From: Mustelus asterias | Taxonomy: Eukaryota | Assembly (NCBI RefSeq): GCF_964213995.1 | Contig: NW_027590123.1 | Span: 2,480,001 to 2,522,988 of the forward strand | DNA: 42,988 bases | Reading direction: 5' to 3' | In this document: positions 1 through 13,409 of the stretch, one piece after another | Layout of the letters: every line of letters starts with the position of its first letter | Numbering within the stretch: the first letter of the stretch is position 1 | Notes under the pieces: model-generated | Told to the model about the DNA's origin: nothing | The model's database searches: none | Seen by the model: the letters and a program-made list of their open reading frames with translations, nothing else | Program-made: the position numbers and the translations under genes

Positions 1-312
1 TCAACACCGGTAGCAGAGCAGGGACTACCATACTTGGGAAAAAGTCGCACTCCATCAAAACTCCTCGGTCTCATTCATGACACAGAAAACGACAACATAA
101 AACCACAATTGTAGCTTCATGGGCAGCATTTGTAACAGAGCCAACCTCTCAAAAATTGTCCTTCTCAGTCATCAACAAAGGTGACATTTGGAAAAGAAAC
201 CATTCTGAAATTGATGTGTTTACTCTGCGTCTATTTTTTTATTTTAAATGGAAGGACGCCGGTTATCATTGTGAAATTGATTTGTAAACAATATGACGTT
301 TTTCAGAAAACG

Positions 313-317
313 CACAC

Positions 318-348
<31 letters not shown>
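313..348. repeat. (CA)n microsatellite
   Basis: Visible imperfect CA run. Confidence 0.9.
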
Positions 349-624
349 TTTTCCTTCAACTTAAGACTCCATCTTTGCTTCCTGGGGGGCTTAAGAGACA
401 ATTACCCCAGCTATCTTTCAGATGGAATGAAGAACAATTACATTTTCCCCAGCACCATGTTTGCTGAGCTGAACATTAAAGGCCCCATTGTCTCCAACAG
501 CGCTCTGGTCAGCATTCCTCCTTCTAACCAAAATGAACAAATATACATTACCATGGATTGAGGCATTATGCTCTGATGCTGACCTGGCATCATAGGAACA
601 GAGGAGCAGAATTTCCCCTCCAAG

Positions 625-846
625 TCACTCACCATCCTGACTTGGAAATATGTCGCCGTTCCTTCACAATCGCTGAGTCAAAATCCTTAAATTTCCTCCC
701 TAACGGCATTGTGGGTCTGCCCACAGAACATGTGCTGCAGCGATTCAAGAAGGCAACTCACCATAACCTTCTCAAGGGCAACTAGGTATGGGGAATAAAT
801 GTTGACCAGCCAGCGAAGCCCATGTCCCAAGCATGAATAAAAAAAG
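625..846 (+). mobile_element. 3' tail of an old CR1/L2-superfamily LINE
   Basis: cctgacttggaaatat...aaggcaactcaccataaccttctcaagggc...gaataaaaaaa; the same tail recurs at ~3640-3845 and in reverse at ~7645 and ~21380. Confidence 0.65.
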
Positions 847-1600
847 CAGACGCAGGCCATTCAGCTTCTCGAACTCGCCCCCCCCCCCCCCCATTCATAA
901 GATCATCGCTGATCTGTGGCCAAACCCTATGTACCTGCCCTTGGCCCATATCCCTTGATACCCCTGTTCAATAAAAAAATCGATCTCATACATAAATCTA
1001 ACAATTGAACCAGCACCCACTGGCCTTTGCGGAAGAGAGTTCCAAAAGTCCACCACTCTCTGTGTGTAGAAATACTTTCCATCAACTCTCCTGAACGGCT
1101 TGGCCCTGTTTTTTTTTAAAATTATGGCCCTTTATTCTAGAGTCTGCAACTGTTGGAAAAAATTATTGATCCGCCCGATCCTACCCGTAAAAATGTTGTA
1201 GATTTCTGTAGGAGCACCCCTCAACCTTCTGAATTCGAGAGAAAAATTCCCAATTTGTCTAATTTCTCCTCGCAACTTAACCCCTGAAGGCCAGGTCTAA
1301 TTCTTGTGAACCTGCGTTCAACTCCCTCCAGGACCAAAATCTTTGCAAAGGTGTGGTGCCCAAACCTGTGCACAGTACTCCAGGTGGGCTCTAACCAGGA
1401 TTTTGCATAATTGCAGCATAACATCTGCATCCCTATACTCCAGTCCTTTAGATACAAAGGCCAGAATTCCGTTGACCTGCTTGACTATTTTCTGCATCAG
1501 TTCGTGGCATTTTAAGAAGCTATTCACTTGAACACCCAAATCTCGCTGGGCATCCACTAAATTTTACTTTGTGCCTTCTAAAAACTACCTTGATCTATTA
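847..1600 (-). mobile_element. Degenerate CR1 LINE 3' fragment (ORF2 C-terminus + UTR)
   Basis: Minus ORFs with RDLGVQV...VRAHLEYCAQVWAPH and LEGVERRFTRI..GL motifs. Confidence 0.85.
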
Positions 1601-2079
1601 TTTGGATTATTTGACTTTTTGTGTCATTATCTAAGCCGTTATGAATATTGTAAATAATTGAGACCTCAAGACAGACTCCTGCGGGACACAACTTAACCTG
1701 TATTATTCAGCAACGTACATCTAATCTATAATTCGTTGCACCTTAAATTTGGGGAGTTTCCGCAGAAGGGGATATGGTATTACATTTATGAATGTGAATT
1801 ATTTGTATATTACTATCATAAATCATACCTGACAGCGATATATTTACACTAACTGTAATTGCAGAATTTTGCCAGCAGATGGAATTGGCATCTTGATGGT
1901 TTACATTACATGAAGAAGGCACTGCCTCAATAAATACTACACTGGACCCTAACTTTGCAGTTCTGCCACATACAGTCCTGGATGGTGATGGACATTTAAA
2001 CAAGTAACTGCAGCAGGAGCCTCAAACGAAAGCCCCATTTTTAATGATGGGGGAGCTCTGCAAAAGGTAAAAGAAACAA

Positions 2080-3845
2080 GACTGAAACAATTGCTGCCAT
2101 CTTCAGCCAGAAGATGTTCCATCTCGGCCTCTCCCTGATGCCCCGAACATCACAGATGCCAGTCTCCAAGGAGGTCAACTCATTCAACATGATAACATGG
2201 AGGATAGGAATAGGAGTAGAAAATTCAGCCCCTGGAGCCCGCTCCGCCATGCAATATGATCATGATTGATCTGTGGCCTAACCCTGTGCTGAAAGCATTG
2301 GATACTGCAAAGATTATGGATCCTGACAATATTTCAGCAATAATAATAACGATTTGTGCTCTGGAGCTAGCTGAGCCTCAGCCAATCTCTTCAAGTACAG
2401 CTACATCACGGTCACATACACAACAGTGTGAGAATTGGCAGACATGACCTGTTTCAGAAGGTAGGACAAACCCAACCCGACCAAATATCCCCCAATGCGT
2501 CCTCACTCGATCAACGTAATGGGAACTATGAAGGATCATCTAAAAAACTAATAATAATATAATAATAGCAATGCTGCTACAACTACAAATACTAGAATTC
2601 TGCTGAATGATGCTCTGTTTGGGTCCCACTCGGAGCACTCAGTTCCAGAAATCACTTAAGCTTAGTCCAAATCTAGTGGAAATAGCTGCTTTAATGAGGT
2701 GAGGTGAGAGTGCCGGCCCTCGACATCAACGCAGCACTTGACCGATTGTGGCATCAATAAGCCCGAGCAAAGCTGCAGTCAATGGGCATCCGGGGAAAAA
2801 AACATTCCACTGGCTTCAGTCATACCGAGCACAGAGTAAGATGGTTGTGGCTGTTGAAAGCCAATCATCTCAGTCACAGTGCATTTGCTGAAGGAACTCC
2901 TCAGGATAGTGCCCTCGGCCTAATATTCACGCTTCAATACAAGATCAGAAGTCGGATGTTCACTGATGATTGCACGATGTTCAGCACATTAACAACTTCT
3001 CAGATACTGAAGCTATCCGTGTCCGTAAGCAGAAAGACTTAGAAAACATTCAGGTTTTGGCTGTGAAGTGGCATGTGAAATTCGCGCCACCCAAGTGACA
3101 GGCAATGACCCTTTCAGGTAAGGGAGATTGCAATCATCTCCGCTTGCCATTAATGGAATGACTACAGCCGAAACCCCACTATCATCATTCTGGGAATTGC
3201 CATTGATGGAAAATTGAACTGGGACAGCCATGTAAATAATATTGCTACAAAAGCAGGTCAGATGCTGGGAATTGTGCGCTAAGTAACTCACCTCCAGATT
3301 TCCCAAACCTATCCATCATATAAAGGCAAAAGTCAGGATTGTGATTGAATATTCTCCACTTGCCTGGCGTATGGTCCTGAACCAACCCCCAAAAAGCTCG
3401 AAACCACCCAGTAAAAAGCAGGCGGCTGGATGGACACCCCACCAACCACTTTAAACATTCACTCTCTGCATCACAGATGTACAACTCTAGTCGTGTGACC
3501 CATATACAACTTGTGTAGCAGCAACATAATCCTTTGGTAGCAACTTCCAAACACATTAACTCTGACACTAAAATGGCAAGGGCAGCAGATGCATGAGAAC
3601 ACAATCATCTGCAAATGCCCATAAAACCTCCACACCGTCTTGACTGGGATCTATATCACTATTTTTTCAGTGTCAATGGATGAAAATCTTGCAACTCCTT
3701 TCCTATCAGCACTGTATGTGTACTTACTCATATGGAATGCAATGATTTAAGAAGAGGGCTCACCAGCACATTCTCAAAGGAAAAATTATAAGTGGCAACA
3801 AATCCTACTTTACCAGTGACACCAAAACCTCATGAAATGATTTTG
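2080..3845 (+). mobile_element. Old, internally deleted CR1/L2-type LINE (RT remnants + 3' tail)
   Basis: Remnants LKALDTAKIMDPDNI, PQDSALG, MFTDDCTMF (FADD-like); ends in the tail seen at 625-846. Confidence 0.75.
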
Positions 3846-4049
3846 AACATGTCATATCTCTGATTACGTTCAACTGGCCCCCACGTCTGTTTGTATTGCA
3901 ACAGGCCATGTCCCAATCACATTACAGCATGTCCTGTCTCTGTTGTTTCTCTACTCGGCTCATTATCAGTTGTTCATCAGTGAAGCCAAGGCCTGTTTTA
4001 ACGATGGTTTCTGAATTATGACTGTGCTGAAATATGTTTCAGTTAATCA

Positions 4050-4334
4050 GGGCGGCACAATGGCACAGTGCCAGGGACCCGGGTTCAATTCCCAACTTGG
4101 GTGACTGTCTGTGTGGAGTCGGCACGTTATCCTTGTGTCTGCGTGGGTTTCCTCCGTGTGCTCCGGTTCCCACTCACCGTCCGAAGGAGGTGCTGGTTTG
4201 GTGCATTTGGGCCATGATAAATTCTCCCTCAGTGTACTCAAACAGGCGCCGGAGTGTGACCACTCGGGGTTCTTCACAGTAACTTCATTGCAGTGTGAAT
4301 GTAAGCCTACTTATGACACCAATAAATAAGCTTT
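4050..4334 (+). mobile_element. tRNA-derived V-SINE (HE1-like head, alternative tail)
   Basis: Head with B box gggttcaattccc, V-domain, tail ...cacagtaacttcattgcagtg...aataaataa. Confidence 0.85.
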
Positions 4335-4344
4335 AAATCTTCAA

Positions 4345-5290
4345 TCTGGGAAGAGACTGTGTCTCAATTCCGACTGCATCAGAACCTGTATCTGTCACTC
4401 CTATACTGGAGCAACATCCTTCTTGCGTTACACAAGTTTCGGTCACTGTCATTACTCTAATGGTTCATTAGATCTAATAAACTCGACACTGTTTTAGTTA
4501 ATGCTGCACGAGTGCATGTATTTGTTTATTCAACACTGTGCCCTGCCTCTGTTATTATTGCATCATGTGATCCTTCTAATTTGCTGCATTGTCCATATCT
4601 CAGTGTATGCCAGTCTAGATCACATATTAATAATTATTACCAATGCACTATCCTTTTTCTGAGTTCATATCAGTCTAAATATCGTATCTCTAATCATTAA
4701 CAACACAGTAAATTCTGTCTCAGTTTTTATCAGTCTAGGTACTGCTTCAGTAATGACCATTAACACGCTGGCCTCTGTCTCAGTTTATGTCAGTCCAGAA
4801 TCTGTATCAGTAATTACTGCTAATGCGCTAAGCTCTGCCTCAGTTAATATCGGTTCAGGCCTGTATCAGTAATTGACACGATGTGTCTCAGTTTATATCG
4901 CGCAAGTTCCTGCATTCGGTTAAATTGCACTAGACACCATCTCAGTTTTTCTTGTACTCGTTGATGTCATCCATATTTTTTAAATATTTCTTTCATGGGA
5001 TGTGGGTGTCTCTGGAAAGGCCAGTATTTTGCCTTTAACTTCCCACAAAGCACTCGGCACGACCTCATTTCTATTTCACTGCATAAGGCCTCTGTTTATA
5101 TTAAAATAGATCCTGTCTCTGTTAATACTCCGCTTGACCGGAGCTTAGTTTATGATGCACTAGACCCAATCCCTGTTTATATGACATTTGACCCTGACTC
5201 TGTCTATATTTCGCGAGACCAGGTCACTGTTGATACTGCAGTATAGTATGCCTCTGTCTGAACTATGGCTCCATTAACATTACTCCACGG
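4345..5290 (+). repeat. Degenerate ~27-bp minisatellite with a 60-bp higher-order segment (~4590-4880)
   Basis: Consensus ~CTAGACCCTGTCTCTGTTTATATTACA; ctgtctcagtt-like motif at 4715, 4775, 4835. Confidence 0.75.
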
Positions 5291-5587
5291 TTCTGTGAGG
5301 TAGAGAGATAATATAATGCATAAATATGCTGGGCTAAAAAATCTGAATTGAAACGGAAAGTATTGGATCGAGAGTGTATGCTGCGCAGGATTTGATATCG
5401 ATTTTCAATGCAGTCAGTAGAATGAGCTTTCAAATATCACTTCTTCTTTTCCAGTTCCCAAGACTAGTCTCCATCCGTCAGAGTTGTACCTATAGGAGGA
5501 TGCAGAGTATCATGTTCCCATAGCCACTTTTCACATTATTGCGCATTATCCAGTACAGTAATAACTGAGTCCGTGCCCAATATAAAA

Positions 5588-5874
5588 TGAACAAAGAACA
5601 ACAAAGAACAAAGAACAATACAGCACAGGAACAGGCCCTTCAGCCCTCCAAGCCCGCGCCGCTCCCCGGTCCAGGATTGAATCCTGAATCCAGGATCCCC
5701 GCCCAATTTTCCAGCCTATCTACATACCAATATCCTATCCACCGAGCTGTCCCTCACAGCTACGATGCTTTGTTCATTACAACCTATTAACTCACCCCCA
5801 CCCCCCCATTCCAGACCATGTGATCTCCAGGGAGAGGCGAAAACCCAGAGTGAAAAACCCCAGGGCCAATATGG
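5588..5874 (-). mobile_element. CR1-tailed SINE/short retroposon
   Basis: (aacaaag)n tail plus tacagcacaggaacaggcccttc, the reverse of a CR1 3' end. Confidence 0.65.
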
Positions 5875-5879
5875 TCAAC

Positions 5880-6165
5880 ATGAACATGAACATGGTCAAG
5901 TGCAGAACTAAGACCGCATCCAGTTTAGTACAGAGACAGGTCTACATTAATAAAAGCAGAGTCATTGTCGATCTCAATATGAACAGAGACATGGTGACGT
6001 GTAATATTAACAGAGACAGCATCTAGTTTATTATAAACAGAAAGTACGTCTAGTGTAATGTGAACAGAGACAAAATCTTCTTTAATATAAACCGAAACAG
6101 GGATTAGTTAATTTAACATCAGCAGAGACAGGTCACAGATGAGTGCAATATAGAGACAGGGCCTA
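5880..6165 (-). repeat. 27-bp minisatellite, opposite orientation to 4345-5290
   Basis: Units like tctagtgtaatgtgaacagagaca. Confidence 0.7.
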
Positions 6166-6440
6166 GTGTCCCATCAAACATTCCAAGGTCAGGTGTAGCA
6201 TGTGGTTAGGCTCCGAATGTAAAGCTCCCTCCACAGTGCAACATTAAACACTCCCAAGCAGGTGTAGCGCGGGATAGATAAAAAGTGAAACTCCATCCAC
6301 ACTATCTCAATCAAGCATTTCCAGCAAATGAAGACTGTTTAGAAACAGTAAAAACCTCTCTACACTGTCCATTGAAACAATTGGACGCTGGGACAGAAAG
6401 GGTTAGATACAGGGAATGATCAGGAGAAAAGCTCCCTCTG
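6165..6440. repeat. ~65-70-bp minisatellite (aaagctccctctacactgtcccatcaaacactccc...ggttagatacag)
   Basis: About 4 degenerate units with anchors near 6221, 6288, 6351 and 6428. Confidence 0.7.
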
Positions 6441-7267
6441 TAGATTGAATTAAATCCATTTAGTTAGAGACCTGAAAATAGGCCTGAGAGAATACATTAG
6501 CTGGAGTTTGACTTGAAGTTGTTGAGTAAAAACAATGACCCATCATGGAGAGACAAAACAAGACACAGAATCAGAGAGGAGAAAGACAAAGAGAGATAAA
6601 GCACATTAAATCGCCGCAAATATATTTGCCGTGTCCTTATATTTTGTGATTAGAGGGAATCTTTCTTAATTTTGAACATAGATAATCATAGCTTGTTTTG
6701 CGTATATAACTGATGAAAAAATATGTCCAAAAACAATCACGACTGAAATCCAATGATTGATTTGCATGTTTGTCTCTATTTCTGTGCTGTGTTGATGGGG
6801 AAATATTTGTTGTGTTTTTGTCAATCAATAAATCTAATCTGGGATTTCTATTTCTGTGTTTATTAACATAAACACCTCACTGGTTACAATGAGATGTTCA
6901 TGGCAGCAAAACCAGATAAACCGTCATTTATTCATTAGTTTCAATTCAAAATAGCGGTTTCTTTAAAGTATATTGACAGCAGGTTCAAAATCAATAGAAG
7001 CTTCGTGAATACCCATTTGACCAGACGCTATTTAATTCAAATAAAAAAATACCCTCTAATCAAGAATTTGTTCTGAAAGTTCTGATGTCAGAATAAATAA
7101 AACATGTTTGAAAAGGCTGGTATTCCACTGAATGTCAATTTCATTGATGATTTAATCTACTAAAACTAGACATGTTAAAACATCAGGCAGAGGAGTGACG
7201 ATAATCGCATTAATCGCAGAGCTTTTAACATATCAATTCTTGCATTTTATAATAACATTTGGAAAGG

Positions 7268-7545
7268 CCTTGCATTTTTATAACGCTTTACCTGACCTTA
7301 GGTCGTCCCAAACCATTTAAAACTCACTGATATATTTTGCTGAAGTTATTCACTGCTGTAATATTGGACAGACAGCAAGTATTTGGTGCACAGCAAGCTC
7401 CCACAAAGCGAGATGTGGTAAACGAACAGTCATTTTGTGATTTTAGTTGAGGAATGAGTGGCCAGGATACTGGGCAGGACAGTCCTGTTATATTGAATTT
7501 TATCAATGAGATTTTACGTTCTGTCATCGGCCTGAAATAAGAATC
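7268..7545 (-). mobile_element. Deu-domain SINE relic (SacSINE1/AmnSINE1-like)
   Basis: cttgcatttttataacgc...gtcccaaa...gcacagcaagctcccacaaa...tggccaggatactggg resembles the reverse of the Deu-SINE body and tail, from memory. Confidence 0.6.
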
Positions 7546-7639
7546 TGTTTCACCCACTGCTAATGCCCGCTGACCTGCCTTTTTTGTTGTTTTACTTTTA
7601 GATTTCCGGAATTCGCAGCAGTTTGCACTGTTCTATTCA

Positions 7640-8185
7640 TTCTCTGGATATGGGCATCACTGACAAAGCCAGCATTTATTGCCCATCCTGAGAAGGCGGT
7701 TGCGAACTACCGTTTTGAAATTATTGCCCTCTGGTCGGTTTTATTTGTGTTTGACTTTCTGCAGCAGCTTTGAAACACCTGAATGGCTGTTTTGACAATT
7801 TCAGAGGCACGTAAGGGTCAGCTTCATCACTGTGGAACTGGAGTCACATGTAGGACAGACAGGCTAAACATAGCTTTTTTTATTGATTCGTGGGCCTTGC
7901 ACATTACTGGCTGGCCACCATTTGTTGCCCATCTCTAGTTGCCCGTGGAGGGCAGTTGAGAGTCAACCACATTGCTGTGACTCTGGAGTCACATGGAGGT
8001 CAAACAAGGTAAGAACGGCAGATGTCGTTCCCTAAAGAGGCATGAATAAACTAGATGGGTTTTTACAACTATCAACAATGGTCTCATAGTCATCAATAGA
8101 TTCTTAATTCCAGATAGTTTTAATTGATTTCAAGTTCCACCATCTGCCGTGGCGGGATTTGAACTCAGGTCCTCAGAACATTGAC
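7640..8185 (-). mobile_element. Two adjacent copies of a tRNA-derived SINE sharing the old LINE tail
   Basis: Reverse B box gggatttgaactc at ~8155; repeated body ctggagtcacatg; tail gccagcatttattgcccatcc. A further copy lies at ~26620-26960. Confidence 0.65.
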
Positions 8186-8569
8186 TGAACATTAGGTACA
8201 TAGAAATTAGGAGCCGGAGGAGGCCAGTCGAGCCTGATCCACCAGTCTTCATGATTATGGGTTATTTCCTATCTCAAGGCCACATTATTGGATTCTGCCC
8301 ACACCCCCTGATACCATTAAGATCTAATCACAGATCGATTTATTTCTTGAATCTATTCAGTGGCATGACATCCAAAGCCTTCAGTGCTACAGGACTCCGT
8401 ATGTTCACTAGCCTCTGAAGTGAATAAATATTTCCCCATTTCTGTCCTAAATTGGCTACCCTATGTCTTGAGACTGCATCCCTGGTTTGAGACTACCTAA
8501 CCAGCGAAAACGTCCTTCCTTCATCTTGCCTGCCCAGCCCTGTTAGAATTCGTTTAATTATTCATAACT

Positions 8570-8857
8570 TCATTTATTATTAATGCACAAGTAGACATAC
8601 ACTGCAATGAAGTTACTTTGAAAAGGCCCTATGGCCACACTCCAGCGCCTGTTCAGGTACGCTGAGGGAAAATTTAGCATGGCCAATGCACCGAATCAGC
8701 ACGTCTTTCGGACTGTGGGAGGAAAACGGAGCACCCGAAGGAAACCCACGCAGATAATGTGCAGTCTCTGCACAGACAGTGACCCAAGGTGGGAATCGAA
8801 CCCAGGTCCCTGGCATTGTAAAGCAGCCATGCTAGCCACTGTGCCACTGCATCGCCC
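8570..8857 (-). mobile_element. V-SINE (alternative tail)
   Basis: Reverse complement of the 4050-4334 family. Confidence 0.85.
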
Positions 8858-8945
8858 TCATTTTTTATGCTTTGAATGTTGCAATCACAATTTTATGTAT
8901 TTCAATCAGATCTCCTCTCATCCTTCTAAACTCGAGTGAATACAT

Positions 8946-9070
8946 GAGGTGGAGATGCTCGCGTTGCACTTGGGTGTGCACAGTAAGAAGTCTCGCAACG
9001 CCAGGTTAAAGTCCAACAGGTTCATTTGGAATCACGAGCTTTCCAAGCGCTGCTCGTTCATCACGTCAGT
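8946..9070 (-). mobile_element. Penelope-like terminal repeat fragment with degenerate hammerhead motif
   Basis: Reverse strand reads gTGATGAacgagcagcgcttgGAAAgctcgt, then aacctgttggactttaacctgg. Confidence 0.55.
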
Positions 9071-9585
9071 CAAGTGAATACAGGTCCGGTCGATGCAAGT
9101 TCGCCTTATAGGACAGTCCCACCAATCCGTGTATCAGCTGCACTCGCCAGAGACCCTTTCTTAGGTCGGGAGATCAAATCTACACGCATTACTCCAGATG
9201 TGGTCTTCTGAAGACCCGGCATTACTTCAGTAAGACTTCACTAATTCCGAACTCAAATCTTCTTGCAACGAAGGCCTTCCAAATTGCTTGCTGTACATAC
9301 CTCTCCGATTTCATTGGTTGGTGTACAAGGATACCCAGATCCATTTGTACATCACACTTCCAAATATATATTGTTTTGTTCTTTGCACACGCATATAACT
9401 GTACATTTAGCCACGTTGTATTGCATCTGCCACATGTTCACCCATTCACACAACTTGTCCAGATCACATTGAACACCCTTGCATCCTCCTCACAGCTCAC
9501 AAGTCACTGCATCCTCCTCATTGCTCACAGTTATATATCGCCAGCCGCTTAGGACATGTTACATTTGATTTCCTTATCCAGATCC

Positions 9586-9860
9586 CACGGTGGCACGGGG
9601 TCGGGGACCGGGTTCGCTTCCCGGCTTGGGTCATTTTCTGTACGGAGTCTGCACGTTCTCCCCGTGCTTACATGGACTTCTTCTGGGTGCCCCGGTTTCC
9701 TCCAACAATCCGAAGGACGTGCAGCTCAGGGACATTGGCCATGCTGAACTTTCCCTCAGTGTACCCGAACAGGCGCTGGAGTGTGGTGACTCGAGGTTTT
9801 TCACAGTAACTTCATTGCAGTGTTACCGTAAGCCGACATGTGACTAATAAATAAATAATA
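9586..9860 (+). mobile_element. V-SINE (alternative tail)
   Basis: Same family as 4050-4334. Confidence 0.85.
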
Positions 9861-10068
9861 TAAGTTGGGATCATGAAGTACCCCACCAGTCGCTGACTGC
9901 CACTCGGAAAAAGACCCATGTATTTCCATTCTCTGTTTCTTGTCTGTCAACGAATTCTACACAAATGTCAATACATTATTCCCTATCCCACGTGCTTTAA
10001 TTTGACCTACTAATATTTTACGAGGAACCGTCTCAAATGTCTTCTGAAAGTGCAAATGCACCACGTAC

Positions 10069-13000
10069 ATGCACGCTGACATAGGTAGGAAGACGGAAGG
10101 TGTAATGAAAAGAGAATATAGGGAGTTAGGTAGACAGTTGGGAAGGAGGAACGCAAAGGTAGTAATCTCAGGATTGTTGCCTGTGCCACGGGAAAGTGAG
10201 AGCAGGAATGGAGTGAGGTGGAGGATGAATGCGTGGCTGAGGGACTGGAGCGGAGGGCAGGGATTCAGTTTCCTGGATTATTGGGACCTCTTTAGGGGAA
10301 GGTGTGACCTGTACAAAAAAGACGGGTGGCACTTGAATCCCAGGGGGACAAATATCCTGGCAGGAAGGTTGGCTAAGGCTACTGGGGAGGCTTTAAACTA
10401 GAAAGGTTGGGGGGAGGGAATCGTGATGAGGTGACTGAGAGCGAGGAGGCTAGCTCGCAAATAGAGAAGGATTGTACACAGTGTAAGAGGGAGAATAGAC
10501 GGGTGATGGGGAAGGGGAGAGCTCAAACCAAAGGTTTGAGATATGTCTATTTTAATGCCAGGAGTGTAGTGAATAAAGTGGATGAGCTTAGAGTGTGGAT
10601 CGATGCTTGGAAGTGTGATGTGGTGGCCATTACGGAGACTTGGGGACAGGGACAGGACTGGATACTTCAGGTGCCGGGTTTCAGATGTTTCAGAAAGGAC
10701 AGACAGGGAGGCAAAAGAGGGGGGTGGGGAGTGGCACTGCTGATCAGGAATAGTGTCAGAGCTGCAGAGAATGTGGAAGCCATGGAGGGATTGTCTACGG
10801 AGTCTCTGTGGGTGGAAGTTCGGAGCGGGAAGGGGTCGATAACTTTGCTGGGTGTTTTGTACAGGCCGCCCAATAGTAACAGGGATGTTGAGGAGCAGAT
10901 AGGAAACAGATCCTGGAGAGATGTAGGAATAACAGGGTTGTCGTGATGGGAGACTTTAATTTCCCAAACATCGATTGGAATATCCATAGAGTAAGGGGTT
11001 TGGATGGGGAGGGGGTTGTTAGGTGTGTTCAGGAGGGTTGCCTGACACAGCATGTGGATAAGCCTACAAGAGGAGAGGCTGTACTCGACCTGGTACTGGC
11101 TAATGAGCCAGTACCAGATGTCTGATCTCTCAGTGGGAGAGCATCTTGGGGATAGTGATCATTACTCTATCTCCTTTACGCAAGCATTGGAAAGAGATAG
11201 GATCAGGCAAGCTAGGAAAGTGTTTATCTGGAGTAAGGGGAAATATGAAGCCATCAGGCAGGAGATTAGATGTGTAAATTGGAAGGAGGCATTCTCGAGG
11301 AAAAGTACTGAAGTAAGGTGGCAGATTTTCAAGGAATGTTTGCCTCGAGTTCTGCATGACAACGTTCCGATGAGAGAGGGAGGTGTTGGTAGGTTACGGG
11401 AACCATGGTGCACGAAAGGTGCGCTGAACCTAGTGAGAAAGAAAAGGAAAGCGTACAAAAGCTTCAGAGCGCTAGGCGATGATAGGGATCTAGATGAGTA
11501 GACGGCTTGTCGGAACGAAAGAAATTAGGAGAGCCAGAAGGGGTCACGAGAAGGCCTTGGCAGGTAAGATTAAGGAGAACCCGAAGGCGTTCTATAAATA
11601 TGTGAAGAGTAAAAGGATGAGATGTGATGGAATAGGAATTATAAAAGGTGTAGGTGAGATAGTCTGTACAGAACCGGAAGAAATAGCAGAGGTGCTTAAT
11701 GAATATTTTACCTCGGTATTCACGGTGGAAAAAGACCTGGGTGGTTGTACTACAGGACTGAGGTGGGCTGAAAAGATTGAGTATGTGGACATTAAGAAAG
11801 AGGATGTGTTGGAAATTTTGAATAGCATCAAGATAGATAAGTCGCCGGGACCGGATGGGATGTACCCCAGGTTACTGTGGGAGGTGAGGGAAGAGATTAC
11901 AGAGCCTCTGGTGATGATCTTTGCGTCGTCGATGGAGACGGGAGAGGTTCTGGAGGATTGGAGGATTGCGGATGTGTTTCCTATATTCAAGGAAGGGAAT
12001 AGGGATCGCCCAGGAAATTACCGACCGGTGAGTCTAACCTCAGTGGTTGGTAAGTTGATGGAGAAGATCCTGGGGGACAGGATTTATGAACATTTAGAGG
12101 AGTTTCGTATGCTCAAACGTAGTCAGCACGGCCTTGTCAAAAGCAAATCGTGCCTTACGAGACTGGTGGAGTTCTTTGAAAATGTGACTAAACACATTGA
12201 TGAAGGAAAAGCGGTAGATGTGGTTTATATGGACTTCAGCAAGGCGTTCGATAAGGTACCCCATGCAAGACTTCTCAAGAAAGTGAGAGGGCATGGGATG
12301 CAAGGGGCTGTTGCCTTGTGGATTCAGAAGTGGCTTGCCTGCAGAAGGCAGAGAGTGGTTGTAGACGGGTAATTTTCTGAACGGAGGTCGGTCACCAGTG
12401 GAGTGCCCCAGGGATCTGTTCTGGGACCCTTGCTGTCTGTCATTTTCATAAATGACCTGGATGAGGAAGTGGAGGGAAGGGTTGGTAAGTTTGCCGACGA
12501 CACGAAGGTTGGTGGTGTTGTGGATAGGTTGGACGCATGTCAGAAGCTGTAGTGTGACATTGATAGGATGCAAGACTGGGGAGAGAAGTGGCAGATGGAC
12601 TTCAAACAGGATAAATGTGTAGTGGTCCATTTTGGCATGTCGAATGGGATGAAGGAGTATAATATCAAGTGTACGACTCTTAGCAGTGTAGAGGATCAGA
12701 AGGACCTTGGGGCCCAGGTCCATAGGACTCTTAAATCGGCCTCGCAGGTAGAGGGGGTGGTTAAGAAGGCGTATGGTGTGCTGACCTTCATCAATCGAGG
12801 GATTGAGTTTAGAAGTCAGGAGATAATAATGCAGCTTTATAAGACCCTCGTCAGACCCCACTTGGAGTACTGTGCTCAGTTCTAGTCGCCTCATTACAGG
12901 AGGGATGTGGAAATGATTGAAAAGGTGCAGAGAAGATTTACAAGGCTGTTGCCTGGATTGGTTGGCATGCCTTATGAGGATAGGCTGAGGGAGCTCGGTC

Positions 13001-13409
13001 TTTTCTCCTTGGAGAGATGAAGGCTGAGAGGTGACCTGAAAGAGGTGTACAAGATGTTGAGAGGTATAGATCGGGTGGATTCTCGGAGGCTTTTTTCCAG
13101 GGCTGAAATGGCTGCTACGAGAGGACACGTGTTTAAGGTGCTGGGGAGTAGGTACAGAGGAGATGTCAGGGGTAGGTTTTTCACTCAGAGGGTGGTGGGC
13201 GAATGGAATCGGCTGCCATCAGTGGTGGTGGAGGCAAACTCGATAGGGTCTTTTAAGAGACTTCTGGATGAGTACATGGGACTTAACAGGATTGAGGGTT
13301 ATAGATAAGCCTATATATAAGCCTAGGTAGGTAGCGGCATGACCGGCGCAACTTGTGGGCTGAAGGGCCTGTTTGTACTGTATTTATTTCTATGTTTCTA
13401 TGTTCTATG
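10069..13409 (+). mobile_element. Young 5'-truncated CR1 LINE: ORF1 SGNH/GDSL esterase C-terminus plus disrupted ORF2 (AP endonuclease + RT), (tatgttc)n tail
   Basis: ORF1 VVISGLLPVP...DGWHLNPRG; APE motifs YFNARS, AITETW, YRPPN, MGDFNFP; RT motifs [22 protein letters not shown]; several frameshifts and stops. Confidence 0.95.

Noticed and set aside
4995-5246. ORF with 9-aa periodicity (LDPxxVYxx), echoed at 16439-16630
   Set aside because: Translation of the 27-bp minisatellite; neighbouring units contain stops and there is no exon structure.
12094-13128. 344-aa minus-strand ORF, the longest in the window
   Set aside because: Antisense shadow of CR1 ORF2; no independent protein features.
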